Source: an uncultured Abditibacterium sp. | GTDB lineage: Bacteria > Armatimonadota > Abditibacteriia > Abditibacteriales > Abditibacteriaceae | Assembly: GCA_964249785.1 (NCBI GenBank) | Contig: CAXUDZ010000007.1 | Coordinates: 3,437 to 35,766 of the forward strand | DNA: 32,330 bases | Direction of reading: 5' to 3' | Shown: one piece after another, positions 1 through 10,107 of the stretch | How the letters are laid out: every line of letters starts with the position of its first letter | Position numbering within the stretch: the stretch's first letter is position 1 | Notes under the pieces: model-generated | Databases searched by the model: none | What the model saw: only the letters and a program-made list of their open reading frames with translations | Told to the model about the DNA's origin: nothing | Program-made: the position numbers and the translations under genes

Positions 1-101
1 GTTCGTGATGTCGCCTAACTGTTCGTGATGTCGCCTAACTGTTCGTGATGTCGCCACGACAAGTCGTGGCGCTACAAACGGACAGCACTTCTGGGAACCG
101 C
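1..101. repeat. Right end of a REP-like palindromic repeat element (truncated by the window edge), same family as 24071-24263
   Basis: GTTCGTGATGTCGCCTAACT x2 (20-bp period), then GTTCGTGATGTCGCCACGACAAGTCGTGGCGCTACAAA, identical to the 3' end of the 24-kb element. The downstream ACTT..GGAACCGC is also shared. Confidence 0.8.
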
Positions 102-140
102 GCTACTCAAGAGCAACCCCACAAGCGGCTTAAGAATCAG

Positions 141-2381
141 CTATTTCCCGCCATTTTCAGGCGTGAATTGCAAATTCCAGTCGGCGATCTCGCTGCTTCG
201 CACGCGGTTGAGCACAACGCCCAGCAAAAAGGCGCCGGACAAACGCAGCATCGAACGGGCGCGTTGCACTTGCGAGCGCGGCGTGTCTTCAGACGACACC
301 AGCACTACGGCGTCGGCCAGATGAGCGAGCAACTGCGCGTCGGCCAAACTGGTCGCGGGCGGGCCATCCACCACGATCACGTCGAAATACTTTTTCAACA
401 AGTTCATGTTTTTGACGTGCGGCGCGCCTTGCAGGCGGGTCATGATGGTGCCCATGCCTTGATTGGCGTCTTGACCGGGCGTGAGCACATACAAGTTGTT
501 GATCGTTGTCGGGCGAATCGCTTCGGAGAGCGGCAACTGGTCGCGCAAAACCTGTGCGTAGCCTGGCGAAATCGAAACTCCGAAGTTTTTGTGCTGGGTG
601 GGATTCCAAAAATCGGCGTCAATGAGAAGCGTTTCGCGTCCGCCATACGCCATCGCAACGGCCAGATTCGCCGCCGTTGTCGCTTTGTCTTCGCCTGGCA
701 GGGCGCTGGAAAACAAAATCGAGCGCACGCCCGAATTGCCCGCGAGCGCGAGAATGTTGCTTTGCGCCAGATAGCACGCTTCGATGTTTTGCGTTTTGGC
801 GCGCGCGCTCCCTTTTTGGTTGTTCGCCGTGGCGCGGAAAAAAGCGTCCGCTTCGTTTGATGCGGGCAAAGCGCCCAAAACCGGCGCGTTCCACAGCGCT
901 TCGGGATCGGGTGTTGCGCGCACCGTTCCGTCAAGGCGATCGAGCACCATCGCCGCTATAAGTCCAAGTCCCAAAGCGCCCAAAAGCGCCACAAAAAGGG
1001 CGCGCGCTTTTTTCGAGCCGGAATCCGAAGACGCATCGGGCGGATGCAAAACCTGACTTGTGGGTGCGATGGCGGCAGCGGCGATGCCCAGTTGATTCAA
1101 ACGGTCGGTCGCGGCGCGGTAGGCGCTTTCCAAAACCGTGATGCGCTCCTCGATTTGCGCCTGCTGTTTTTCGATTTGCGGCAACGCCTGCGCTTTGTTC
1201 CGCGCGGCGCCCAGCGAGTTTTGAAGTTGCGCGATGCGATTGGCGGACTGCACCGCGATTTGATCTTGACGCGCCACAACTGCCGCCTGCGCGCGGTCAA
1301 CAACGGCCTGCGCCGCGCGCGCTTCCTGTGAATCGGGGAAAAACTTGGCGTTCACTTCGTCATAAGCACCTTTAGCCGTGCGCAGTTGTTCTTGCAAAGC
1401 GGCGAGCGTGCCGTCTGTTGTGGACGCCGTGAGCGCTTCGGCGCGCGCCGTGTCGAGCGCGTTTTGCAGGGCCTGAATGTTGGCGGCGGCGCTTCCCTGC
1501 GCGGCGTTCGGGTCGCCCACACCGGAGCGAATTTTGACGTTGGCTCTGTCTTGTCGCGCGCGTTCGAGTTGCGCGCCCACGCTTTTGACGCGCGCCTCGG
1601 TTCGCTTGAAGTTGACGTTGCGATTTTGCGTCGAGCGTTGCTGGGTGTCGAGCGCATAAGTGAGGATCACTTTGTTGGCCAGTTCAATCGAAGCCTCGCG
1701 GTCGAGCGAGGGAACCGAAATCGAAACCAGACTGCCCGACCCATCAACGGAGGCCGGTGCCACGCCGACATAAGGCGCGAACAACTCTTTGGTGCCCCAA
1801 CCTTTAAGCCGCAGTTGCGGCTTGACGCGCGCCATCGCTTTGGTTGTGATGTCTTCCGAGCCGATCAAAGCGACCTGTGCGGCGGTGTCGTAAGACGCTT
1901 CGGACGGCGCGAACGGGTCGCCCGCCGAATTTGCGGGTTTGCTCGGCAGCAGAAGTTCGGTTTGCGCCGTCCAGACCACCTGGCGCGGACGAAGCAGATA
2001 ATTTAGCCCGACAAAGGCCAGGGCCGAAATCGCAAGAGCCGGTAGAGCGCGGCGTTTGAGCGCGTAGCGAAGCGAAGAACGTAGCGGCGGTTTGGGGAGC
2101 GGCGGAGCGTTCTCGTGCGTGAGGAGCGTGACGAGTTGCGCGTAGAAGTCGCGGATGGACGCGTCATCGGCCACTTCGAGCGCGCCAGTTTTGGGCGCTT
2201 CGCCGTTTTTGGAAGCGTGATCGTCGTCGTGACGAGGATCTCCCTCAAAAAGCGCCAACGAGGCGCGCGCATCGTGTTCGGGCGCCTCGTGAGAATGGGG
2301 CGAGGCGCCGTTGAGAGGCGGCGGCGGAGAAGCGGACGCCTCGTTGGGCGAATGATCTGGCGAGGGCGGCGAAGAAAGCAT
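141..2381 (-). CDS. Wzc/GumC-like polysaccharide co-polymerase with BY-kinase-like P-loop domain (degenerate Walker A, no Tyr cluster)
   Basis: 746 aa. Two TM segments flank a coiled-coil periplasmic region. C-terminal SALPGEDKAT (Walker A position), LLIDAD (A'), IVVDGPP (B) and LLGVVLNRV. Confidence 0.88.
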   Translation of the reverse strand: MLSSPPSPDHSPNEASASPPPPLNGASPHSHEAPEHDARASLALFEGDPRHDDDHASKNGEAPKTGALEVADDASIRDFYAQLVTLLTHENAPPLPKPPLRSSLRYALKRRALPALAISALAFVGLNYLLRPRQVVWTAQTELLLPSKPANSAGDPFAPSEASYDTAAQVALIGSEDITTKAMARVKPQLRLKGWGTKELFAPYVGVAPASVDGSGSLVSISVPSLDREASIELANKVILTYALDTQQRSTQNRNVNFKRTEARVKSVGAQLERARQDRANVKIRSGVGDPNAAQGSAAANIQALQNALDTARAEALTASTTDGTLAALQEQLRTAKGAYDEVNAKFFPDSQEARAAQAVVDRAQAAVVARQDQIAVQSANRIAQLQNSLGAARNKAQALPQIEKQQAQIEERITVLESAYRAATDRLNQLGIAAAAIAPTSQVLHPPDASSDSGSKKARALFVALLGALGLGLIAAMVLDRLDGTVRATPDPEALWNAPVLGALPASNEADAFFRATANNQKGSARAKTQNIEACYLAQSNILALAGNSGVRSILFSSALPGEDKATTAANLAVAMAYGGRETLLIDADFWNPTQHKNFGVSISPGYAQVLRDQLPLSEAIRPTTINNLYVLTPGQDANQGMGTIMTRLQGAPHVKNMNLLKKYFDVIVVDGPPATSLADAQLLAHLADAVVLVSSEDTPRSQVQRARSMLRLSGAFLLGVVLNRVRSSEIADWNLQFTPENGGK

Positions 2382-2464
2382 GGGCGAAATTACAAGAAGA
2401 GAACAAGAGCGCGCAACGAGGAAGGGCTTGTGAACCCTTGCGCACCCAAGATGAGGAGGCGCGT

Positions 2465-4624
2465 TTAAAACAAGTTACCGAGCAAACTCAGCGGGCCGAG
2501 GAGTTGAAGAAATGAGCCGCCGCCGCCAGTTTTGGGCGGCACAGCGAACACCACATCGCGCGGTGCCAAAGCGAAGTTGGGCGCTTTGCCGCGTCGCAAG
2601 TCGCTCAACTTGATTTCGCGGTGGGGCGCCTTCGGGTCAAATGTGCCATCGGCATTCGCTTGAAAAACGAACAAGGTGTTCACGCCCTGCGTAGGTTGCG
2701 CCTGAGACAACAAATCGAGCAACGTGAGTTGTCCGCGTTCGGGGATGGCGTATTTGCCGGGTTTGCCAAAAGATTCGAGCGCCAACACGCGGTCGGTGTT
2801 GGTTGGCACGTTCACGATGTCGCCCGCTCCAAGGGCAAAAGCGAGCGGGCGCCCGTTTTTCACCGCGTCGAGGGCGTCCACAACTTCCACTTGTCCCGTT
2901 GCGCGGCGCGTGACGCGAACCCGCGTCAGGCTGGCATCGTCTTTTGGGCCACCGGCGCGCGCCACGATTTGCGCGAGTCCTTCGTTGGGCAGAACTTGGA
3001 ACGAGCCGGGATTCACCACTTCGCCCGACACGAAGACGGTTTGGTCTTCGCCGCGCGCAATGTTCACGATGTCGCCTTCGTGCAAAACCAGGTTGGTCGA
3101 AACATCGGTCAAATCCAAAATTCCGGCGGCGTTGGCTTTATACACGCGCTGCGTGCCGTCTTTTTCGCGGCGCAGCAAGTTGAGGCGCGCGCTTTCGACC
3201 GAGGTGCCCTGCGCCACGCCGCCCGCCGCCAACAGCGCCTCGAAAATCGTGGCGCCGGGACGCACTTTGATGATGCCGGGGCGCGCCACTTGTCCCGCGA
3301 CCGACACGCCGACGGTTTCGGGTTCGCGCAGTTGCACGATGTCGCCGTTTTGAAGGCTCAGGTTCGCACCCGACTGGCTGGACAACAAAAGTTCGGGCAA
3401 ATCGAGCGGAATGGTGTCGTTGCCGCGCCGGATCGCCGCGCGCAAATCGCCCGGCGAGCGCGTAAGTGGCCCGCCAAGCGTGAGCAGTTCGAGCACGCCC
3501 GCGCCTGGCGAGAGTTGAAACGAACCGGTTTTGGTCGCCGCGCCATCGAGAAGCACCGTCATCGGGCGCAGCAATCGAACCGAAATGAAGTCGCCGGGCC
3601 GCAACACGATGTTGTCGGCGCCCGCGACATTATTGAGGGCCGCTTCCACATCGAGCGTGCGCCGCGCGCCGCCACGTTGAAGCGTGGCCGAATACGAAGA
3701 GCGCACGCGCGGCGAATTGAAACTCGAACCGGGCGACGCTGGCAGTCGAGCGGGAGAAGAGCCAATCGGCGGCGTTTGGGAAAGCGGATCGCCCGAATTG
3801 TCCGAAGTGAACGGATTGGTTCCGGCGCTTCCAGTTGCGGGCGAAGCAACGGGCGCGAAACTTCCGCCGCTTCCGTCGTCCAAAGTGCGAAGTCCGCCCG
3901 CGCGCGTCAGCAAATCGCTCAGGCGCGGACTCAGCGGCAGTTCGGGCAGTTCGGGACGCGGTTTGAGATGCAGTTCATACACAGCGGGCCGCTCGACATC
4001 GCCTTGAAGCGTGATTTTGCCCGGTGCGACGGAGCGAACCGCGATGGAATCGCCCGCGCGAAGTCGCACGTCCGCAGGGGAACCTGGCCGCGTCGCCGCG
4101 CCGCGCAAATCGAGCGCGATGCGCGCTTGTCCGCGAACCAGAGTCGCGCGCCTCTCTTCCAAGCGGTCGCTTAAGCCGATGTCGGCAAGCAGTCCCGACA
4201 AACGACCGCCTTCTCGCAACTCGAAACTGCCGCTACGCGGAATGTCTGGGCCACTCACAACCACGTTTCCCACGATGCCCGAACGCGGCGTCACAAGCGC
4301 GACGGCGACTTGCGGGTTGCGCAGTCGAACGCGCCTCACGAGGCGGTCACTGATTTCGTTTTGAACGCTCGCGCGCGTGCGTCCGGTGAAGCGAATCGAG
4401 CCGATGCGCGCGATGGAAATTACGCCGTCGGGCGGAACGGTGACGGAATCCTGCGTAAATTCAGCATTCCCTGCCACGGTGATGCGCAAAACGTCGCCGG
4501 GGCCGAGCAGATACTTTTCCGAGCGCGGAAACGCCGCCGCGCCCGATTTTTGGGCGTGGGCCGTGGGCGCCAGAACAGGCGCTGTCAGCGCAATGGCTAA
4601 GAGGAAGGGGAAACGAGTTTTCAT
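2465..4624 (-). CDS. Polysaccharide biosynthesis/export protein (Wza-like Poly_export domain plus multiple SLBB domains)
   Basis: Signal peptide MKTRFPFLLAIALTAPVLAPTAHA and YLLGPGDVLRITV...VPPDGVIS motif. Repeated SLBB units (V.G.V..PG...AGG...L..GD.V.V). Start placed at ATG 4624. Confidence 0.88.
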   Translation of the reverse strand: MKTRFPFLLAIALTAPVLAPTAHAQKSGAAAFPRSEKYLLGPGDVLRITVAGNAEFTQDSVTVPPDGVISIARIGSIRFTGRTRASVQNEISDRLVRRVRLRNPQVAVALVTPRSGIVGNVVVSGPDIPRSGSFELREGGRLSGLLADIGLSDRLEERRATLVRGQARIALDLRGAATRPGSPADVRLRAGDSIAVRSVAPGKITLQGDVERPAVYELHLKPRPELPELPLSPRLSDLLTRAGGLRTLDDGSGGSFAPVASPATGSAGTNPFTSDNSGDPLSQTPPIGSSPARLPASPGSSFNSPRVRSSYSATLQRGGARRTLDVEAALNNVAGADNIVLRPGDFISVRLLRPMTVLLDGAATKTGSFQLSPGAGVLELLTLGGPLTRSPGDLRAAIRRGNDTIPLDLPELLLSSQSGANLSLQNGDIVQLREPETVGVSVAGQVARPGIIKVRPGATIFEALLAAGGVAQGTSVESARLNLLRREKDGTQRVYKANAAGILDLTDVSTNLVLHEGDIVNIARGEDQTVFVSGEVVNPGSFQVLPNEGLAQIVARAGGPKDDASLTRVRVTRRATGQVEVVDALDAVKNGRPLAFALGAGDIVNVPTNTDRVLALESFGKPGKYAIPERGQLTLLDLLSQAQPTQGVNTLFVFQANADGTFDPKAPHREIKLSDLRRGKAPNFALAPRDVVFAVPPKTGGGGSFLQLLGPLSLLGNLF

Positions 4625-4708
4625 TTCGGTTTGGCAGTTTCGCACAGAAGAAGGCGCGCTTCTTTTCCGGCGCGTTTCGGATGAAAAGAAACGGCACGTT
4701 TTGTTGTG

Positions 4709-6340
4709 TTACGGTTGGTCGTTCCCGTTGCGGCGCCCGAACAGCCAGAAGGCGACGCCAATTCCCATGGCAAAGCCGACCGACGCCGAACGAAATGTGC
4801 GCCTGCGGCGCGCCCACTGGCCCTGACGCAGAAGCAGATGATCGTAAACGCGCCCGATTTTGTGGCTTGTGCGCATGATGGAAAAGTGTTCGCGCGCGCG
4901 CCTTTGCCCGCGTTCGCCCATCTTTTGCGCGGCGGCTGGATCGCCCAACAGTTCCAAAATCGCGCTCGCCATCGAGTCGGCGTCGTTCATCGGCACAAGC
5001 AAACCGGTTTCGCCGTGCATCACAATTTCGGGAATGCCGCCGCCGTCCGTCGCCACCACCGGCTTGGACGCCATCATCGCTTCGACAACGACTTGACCAA
5101 ACGGCTCACCGGTTTTGCTCGCGTGCACCAGCAAATCGAGATTCGCCACCAATTGCGGCACATCGCGCCGAAATCCCGTCCATTCCACGCGCTCATCAAG
5201 GCCGAGTTCGGCGCACAGCGCGCGCACTTCGCGCTCGTAATCTTCCTCGCCAAACAGGGGCGAGCCGATGATTTGAAAGCGGGCCTGCGGGAATTTCCTG
5301 ACGACTTGAGAGGCCGCGCGCAGAAAGATGTCCTGCCCTTTCCACGGCGAAATGCGCCCGACCAGACCGATGAGCGGCGCGTCGGGGTCGCCTTGAACAC
5401 TTGAAAGTTCGCGCGCCGAAACTTCGACATCAAATTCTTCGGGCGGCAAACCGTCGTGAACCACGCCGTTGTAAATGACGCGCGCGCGCCTCTGGCGCGG
5501 CAGTTGAAGGGTTGCAAGCGTTGCGTTCGAGTTGACGATGACAAAAGTGGGCAGCGTTCGGCAGAGCAGCCGAAAGGCGCGCGTGGCGAGGGGCGGCAGG
5601 TAATCTTCGGCGATGCGGTCGCGCACGTGCCAGATGATCGGAATGCCCGCCAGGCGCGCCGCCGCCGCCGCAATCAAATCGGCCTTGAGCGAGTTGGCGT
5701 GCACAATTTGAGCGCCGCGCGCGCGCATGAAACCGCGCAGTCGCCAAATGTAAACGAGCAGTTGTTTGAGTTGCGCGCCCGAAACCGCGCGCGCCGACGA
5801 AAGCGAATCTTTGCGCACTTCGATCACCTCGTCGCCCAGCGGCAACACGTGGACTTCGATGCCCGCCGCGCGCAGTTTTTCGCGCAGTTCGCCGTCGCTG
5901 GCGAGCACGACGACCGGCTCGATTTTGGTGCGGTCTATATGTGTGACAAGGTTGAACAGCGACACTTCGCCGCCGCCCATGCGCGCCGTGTGATCGAAAA
6001 ACAACACCAGAGTGGGTTGAGGAGCGGACAAATTCATAAGCCAATCGTCGCCGGACGTTTGCGCCTCGCTCGCATTGAGCACATTGCTCGCATTGAGAAC
6101 ATTGCTCACATTGAGAACGTTGCTCGCGTTGAGCATGTTGCTCACATCGAGCACGTTTGAAACAGGCGGTTTGTGTTGACCGGTGGGCGCTTTGCGGCGT
6201 GGGCCACAATCGCACGGCGCCCAGTTTGATTCTTTTGCGCCCACCTGCTGCTCCATTTGGCGCGCGGCGTCCCCCTTTTTTTGAAGTGCCCGCTCGCTCG
6301 CGCTCAAATGGAACTTCATTCTTTCTGTATTGGTGTTCAT
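4709..6340 (-). CDS. Glycosyltransferase family 4 (GT-B) with long repeat-containing N-terminal extension; alternative start at 6037
   Basis: GGGEVSL N-terminal motif, VGRISPWKGQ, EPFGQVVVEAMMASKPVV (E-X7-E) and a C-terminal hydrophobic tail. Confidence 0.9.
   Translation of the reverse strand: MNTNTERMKFHLSASERALQKKGDAARQMEQQVGAKESNWAPCDCGPRRKAPTGQHKPPVSNVLDVSNMLNASNVLNVSNVLNASNVLNASEAQTSGDDWLMNLSAPQPTLVLFFDHTARMGGGEVSLFNLVTHIDRTKIEPVVVLASDGELREKLRAAGIEVHVLPLGDEVIEVRKDSLSSARAVSGAQLKQLLVYIWRLRGFMRARGAQIVHANSLKADLIAAAAARLAGIPIIWHVRDRIAEDYLPPLATRAFRLLCRTLPTFVIVNSNATLATLQLPRQRRARVIYNGVVHDGLPPEEFDVEVSARELSSVQGDPDAPLIGLVGRISPWKGQDIFLRAASQVVRKFPQARFQIIGSPLFGEEDYEREVRALCAELGLDERVEWTGFRRDVPQLVANLDLLVHASKTGEPFGQVVVEAMMASKPVVATDGGGIPEIVMHGETGLLVPMNDADSMASAILELLGDPAAAQKMGERGQRRAREHFSIMRTSHKIGRVYDHLLLRQGQWARRRRTFRSASVGFAMGIGVAFWLFGRRNGNDQP
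6068..6157. repeat. 5 x 18-bp tandem repeat (GCTCRCRTYGAGMAYRTT) encoding (S-N-V-L-N-A/V)n on the minus strand
   Basis: Units start at 6068, 6086, 6104, 6122 and 6140. Each contains a GCTC-N5-GAG(C/A) dyad. Confidence 0.85.
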
Positions 6341-6488
6341 TTATGAGGAGGAAATCTCCAATGTTCCCGGAATCTTCGGGTTAAAAAGCACGAGGATGGC
6401 CTTTGGAAACCGGCTTGTCCCCGAATCGGCAACCCTCGTGTGGTATGACTTTGGGCGCAGCGCTTCCTGCGAGCGCCCATACCCTTTC

Positions 6489-8243
6489 ATGTTCCGGCGC
6501 TTTTCCCCTTCGCAAGACCCGCCCGACCCGTCCACTTCGCGCGAACCGGCCCGTCGCAGCAAAACCTCGCGCTCAAACGGTTCGCCCCGGCGCTCGCGCG
6601 ATGGCGCGCCGATTTTGTTCGACGCCGTGACGCAGTTGCCCCCTTCCCCCGAAAGCGACGCGGAAGAACCGTTCGTTCCAAGTCCGCCCGAAGACAACGT
6701 GTCGGGCGCATCCGGTTCCAACGATGAGCGCGCGCTCGGCTCGCGGGTGATGAGGGGCGTTTCGTGGACTTTAGCCGGAACGCTGTGGACACAGGTTCTG
6801 GGCATTGCGCGCACCGTTGCCCTCGCGCGCCTTCTCACGCAGGCCGATTTCGGCGTGGCGGCGATGGCGCTCACGGTGATTGGCGGTTTGTATGTGCTCA
6901 CCAACACAAGCGTTGTGGCGTCGGTTGTGTCGTCTCGCTTTGACGACGAAGAGGAATTGGGACGCTACGTGAACTTGGTGTGGACAATGGAAGTGGCGCG
7001 CGGCGCGCTCATCACCAGTTTGCTGCTGCTTTTGTCCAAAGCTTTCGCCGGGTTTTACAACGAGCCGAAGCTGTTCCCGATGCTTCTCGCACTGTCGCTC
7101 ACGCCGGTTTGCACCTCGCTTCAAAACGTCGGTTTGTTCCTCAAATCGAGGGGCGTAGATTTGAAGTCGCTCACATTGCACAGCGTCTGTTCCAACACCC
7201 TTGGCGTGGCGGCGACCATCATTCTGGCGTTGTGGACGCGCAACTACTGGGCGCTTGTGTGGGGCCAGGTGCTCGGCGCGTTCGCCACAACCGCGCTGTC
7301 GTTTGTTTTCTCTTCGTATCGCCCGCGCTTAAGCTGGGACAAAACCTTGTCCAAGCGCGCTTTTGATTTTGGCAAGCACCAGTTCGTCATCGGTTTGGCG
7401 AACTACGCGCTCACAACGATGGACAACGTGGCCGTCGGGCGTTTGCTCGGTTCGGGTGTGCTCGGCATTTACGTCGCGGCGTATTCGTTTTGCACTCTTG
7501 CGCGCACGCTCGTCAACTCGGCGTTCAACACGGTTTTGTTTCCGGCTTTTGCGTCGGCGGGACGCGAAGATGATCCCGAACGCTTGCGCGCTCTGGTTGA
7601 ACGCGCCTTTACGCTGGGCGTTTTGGCTCTGACGGCGATGATTTCGCCGATGATCGCTTTTGCCCCGGCTATTTTGACGATTTTATACGGCGCCAAATGG
7701 AGCGAAGCGATTTTTCCGATGCGTTTGCTGCTCATCGCCGGGTTTTTCGCCGGACTTTTGAGTTTGTTTTCGGCGTTTTTCGTGGGACTTGACCGGGCCG
7801 GGCTTGAATCGAAGGGCAAAGTGTGGGACGCGCTTTTATTTTTGGCGCTTTTAGGCCCGCTGACAATCTACTTCGGCGTGGGCGGCGCGGCTTTGACGGG
7901 CATCATCGCGTGGTCGGGCGCGGCGATCTGGCGCTGGAAATGGGCCAACGATTTGGCGCCCGGCGCCTTGATGCGTTTGCCGTATTTGCTGGTGTCGGCT
8001 CTGGCGGTCAGCGAAGTATCGTGCGCCCTGTTCATCGCGCCGTGGGCAGGCGCGGCGGGCGGTTGGGGCAATGCGTTTCGGGATCCGTTTCCCTCGCTTG
8101 GCACCGCGTGGACGCAGCTTTTGGTGGGCGCGCCACTCATGAGCGCCTTTTGCGTGTTCGCGTTTTCCCTGCTCCATCCCATCGCGCGCCGCGAAGTGGC
8201 GAGCATGACGAGCAAACTGAGGAGGAAAGTGGGGAGTCGTTAG
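6489..8243 (+). CDS. Oligosaccharide flippase (Wzx, PST family)
   Basis: RGVSWTL...LARLLTQADFGV N-terminal signature, many TM segments and DNVAVGRLLGSGVLGIY motif. Start ATG 6489 chosen, uncertain. Confidence 0.9.
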   Translation: MFRRFSPSQDPPDPSTSREPARRSKTSRSNGSPRRSRDGAPILFDAVTQLPPSPESDAEEPFVPSPPEDNVSGASGSNDERALGSRVMRGVSWTLAGTLWTQVLGIARTVALARLLTQADFGVAAMALTVIGGLYVLTNTSVVASVVSSRFDDEEELGRYVNLVWTMEVARGALITSLLLLLSKAFAGFYNEPKLFPMLLALSLTPVCTSLQNVGLFLKSRGVDLKSLTLHSVCSNTLGVAATIILALWTRNYWALVWGQVLGAFATTALSFVFSSYRPRLSWDKTLSKRAFDFGKHQFVIGLANYALTTMDNVAVGRLLGSGVLGIYVAAYSFCTLARTLVNSAFNTVLFPAFASAGREDDPERLRALVERAFTLGVLALTAMISPMIAFAPAILTILYGAKWSEAIFPMRLLLIAGFFAGLLSLFSAFFVGLDRAGLESKGKVWDALLFLALLGPLTIYFGVGGAALTGIIAWSGAAIWRWKWANDLAPGALMRLPYLLVSALAVSEVSCALFIAPWAGAAGGWGNAFRDPFPSLGTAWTQLLVGAPLMSAFCVFAFSLLHPIARREVASMTSKLRRKVGSR

Positions 8244-8335
8244 TTTTGAGTGGTTGGAATGTGGCCCGAAGCAGTCCGCTTTCCTCTTCACCAAAACTAA
8301 CCACTAACCACTAACCACTCGAAACTAACGACTCC
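8233..8335. repeat. Junction inverted repeat (25-bp arms) with internal (ACTAACC)n heptamer repeat
   Basis: GGAGTCGTTAGTTTTGAGTGGTTGG (8233-8257) is the reverse complement of 8311-8335 at 23/25 positions. The left arm contains the wzx stop and the right arm abuts ATG 8336. Confidence 0.8.
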
Positions 8336-9570
8336 ATGACACACGTGCTTTTGCTTTCCCCGGTCGAGGGGCGCGACGAGGCGGGCGGCGACCGCACTTA
8401 CACCCATGTTTTGCAGGGCAACCCGCCGCGCGGCGTTCAATACGAAACCTACGACCGCGCACTCGAACGCGGAACGCTGCGCGAACGCGGCAACGGGCGC
8501 GCGCTCAAAGCGGGTCTTGGGCGCGCGCGCGGTTTGGCGCTTGGTCAGGCGCTTTCTCTCCTGGCGCGCGAAGCGGCGCTCACAACGGTTGGCAAAACGC
8601 TGTGGCACTTGCGGGCGCGCAAACGGTTGTTTTGGGAGCCGTTCCTGTTTTTCGAGGTCAAGCCGCGCGAATACGATCTCGTTCACGCCCACATTTTTTC
8701 GGCGCGTTTCGGAGAACTCGACTGCCCGCTCGTGGTGTCGCTGGGCGGACGACTTCGCCACCTGTATCTCGACGCCCGCAACTTCGCGCCCACGAGAGTG
8801 AAACGGTTGGAACAAGTGGATCACCTTGTGGCGCGCGCGCTGGGTGTGAACGCGACCAGCGAATGGCTGCCCCAAGCCGAGCGGATGTATGCCTTCACGC
8901 TTTCGGGACGCGACGAATTCCGGGCGCAGGGCATTTTGCCGCGCGACAACATCGAATACATCCCGTTCCATCTGCCAACACCCGCGCTCGACAGCACCAA
9001 ACGCGCGCCCATTCCCAAACGGGTCGGTTTTGTGGCGCGCGAATTCGCCCTCAAAGGCGGCCCGGTCGTGCTCCAGGCGTGGGACGAAGTTCTCAAAACC
9101 CGTCCCGACGCCGAACTTTGGATCGTGGGCAACCCGCCGCCACCGGGGGCTGAGGCGCTCAAATCGAAAACATCACCTGGATTCCGTTCATCCCGCGCGA
9201 ACAATTGTTGAACGAAGTGATGCCCTCTTTCGATGTCTTCACCTACCCGACGCACTACGATTATCTGCCGTGTTACACGCTGTTGGAAGTGATGGCGCGC
9301 GGCGTTCCGGTCGCGGGCAGCAACCACCGCGACATGGACGTGTCGCTCGGACTCGACGCCGCGTCCCAAAGAGCGGGCGCGCCCGGCGCCGGTTTGATGT
9401 CGCCCATCAAAAACGCCGGTGCCCTTGCACAGAACATCCTGCGCCTCCTTGAACCCGACGAAAACCGCCGTTTGCGCGCGGGCGCGCGCGCCAATTTCGA
9501 GCGCCAATTCTCGTGCGAAGCCGTGTGGCCGCAACTGGAACGCTTCTACGAACGCGCGCTGACGGAATAA
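8336..9570 (+). pseudogene. Glycosyltransferase family 4 split by a single-base frameshift (real or assembly error)
   Basis: ORF 8336-9211 carries the N-domain and FVAREFALKGG. The other frame continues NITWIPFIPREQLLNEVMPSFDVFTYPT...LLEVMARGVPV to 9570. That frame has TGA at 9151-9153, so the shift lies within 9154-9170, best at the A4 run 9167-9170. Confidence 0.8.
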
Positions 9571-9651
9571 AGCGCTTTGTCTGGCACTTCCAGATTGGAG
9601 AATCGGAAAGCGCCAAACGGCGCTTGGAAAGCGGGGCACACTGAGCGAACT

Positions 9652-10107
9652 ATGACCGAGCAGGAAGCCGAAGCGGTAGCGGGGAGGTTGACGCGGATAT
9701 GGGCACCTGACAAGCAGAGGGTGATGCGGCGCTCTTGGGACTCGCGTATTGAGTGCCGTTGGAGGCTTTCCTATCACGGTTTCCTTGACTTCCACGTCGA
9801 GATAATCCCCTCAGTTAATTTTCATGTCGTGGAAAAAGGGATTTTCTTCTGCTTGGGCCGCAAAGCCGAACAGGAAACTCCAAGGGTCATGACGGGAATG
9901 CTTTTGTGTCATTTCCAAAATGGGGTGGTTCAGATCGGTGGCGGTGGAGATGAACGATTTGAGCAATTCGCCGCCCAGTGGATGCCCTACTTCCGGCGCG
10001 GTTGTTGGATTTCGGGTTGCCCCATCGAAGCCACTGCGCACGAGAAAGCGGAGTGGCTTCAGGGGTTTAATCACGAGGAAATAGACGCATGGAACCTGAA
10101 GATTTGA
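9652..10107 (+). CDS. Hypothetical protein (151 aa), AT-richer than neighbours, C-terminal ATAHEK motif
   Basis: ORF co-oriented with the operon from ATG 9652. Ends ...GCPIEATAHEKAEWLQGF... and overlaps the next ORF by 19 nt. Confidence 0.7.
   Translation: MTEQEAEAVAGRLTRIWAPDKQRVMRRSWDSRIECRWRLSYHGFLDFHVEIIPSVNFHVVEKGIFFCLGRKAEQETPRVMTGMLLCHFQNGVVQIGGGGDERFEQFAAQWMPYFRRGCWISGCPIEATAHEKAEWLQGFNHEEIDAWNLKI

Noticed and set aside
2621-4174. Long antisense/alternate-frame ORFs (also 45-860, 8821-9795, 10450-11712, 14573-15541, 17112-18197, 22646-23653, 25754-26830)
   Set aside because: Shadow ORFs of well-supported genes in GC-rich DNA, with no recognisable motifs.
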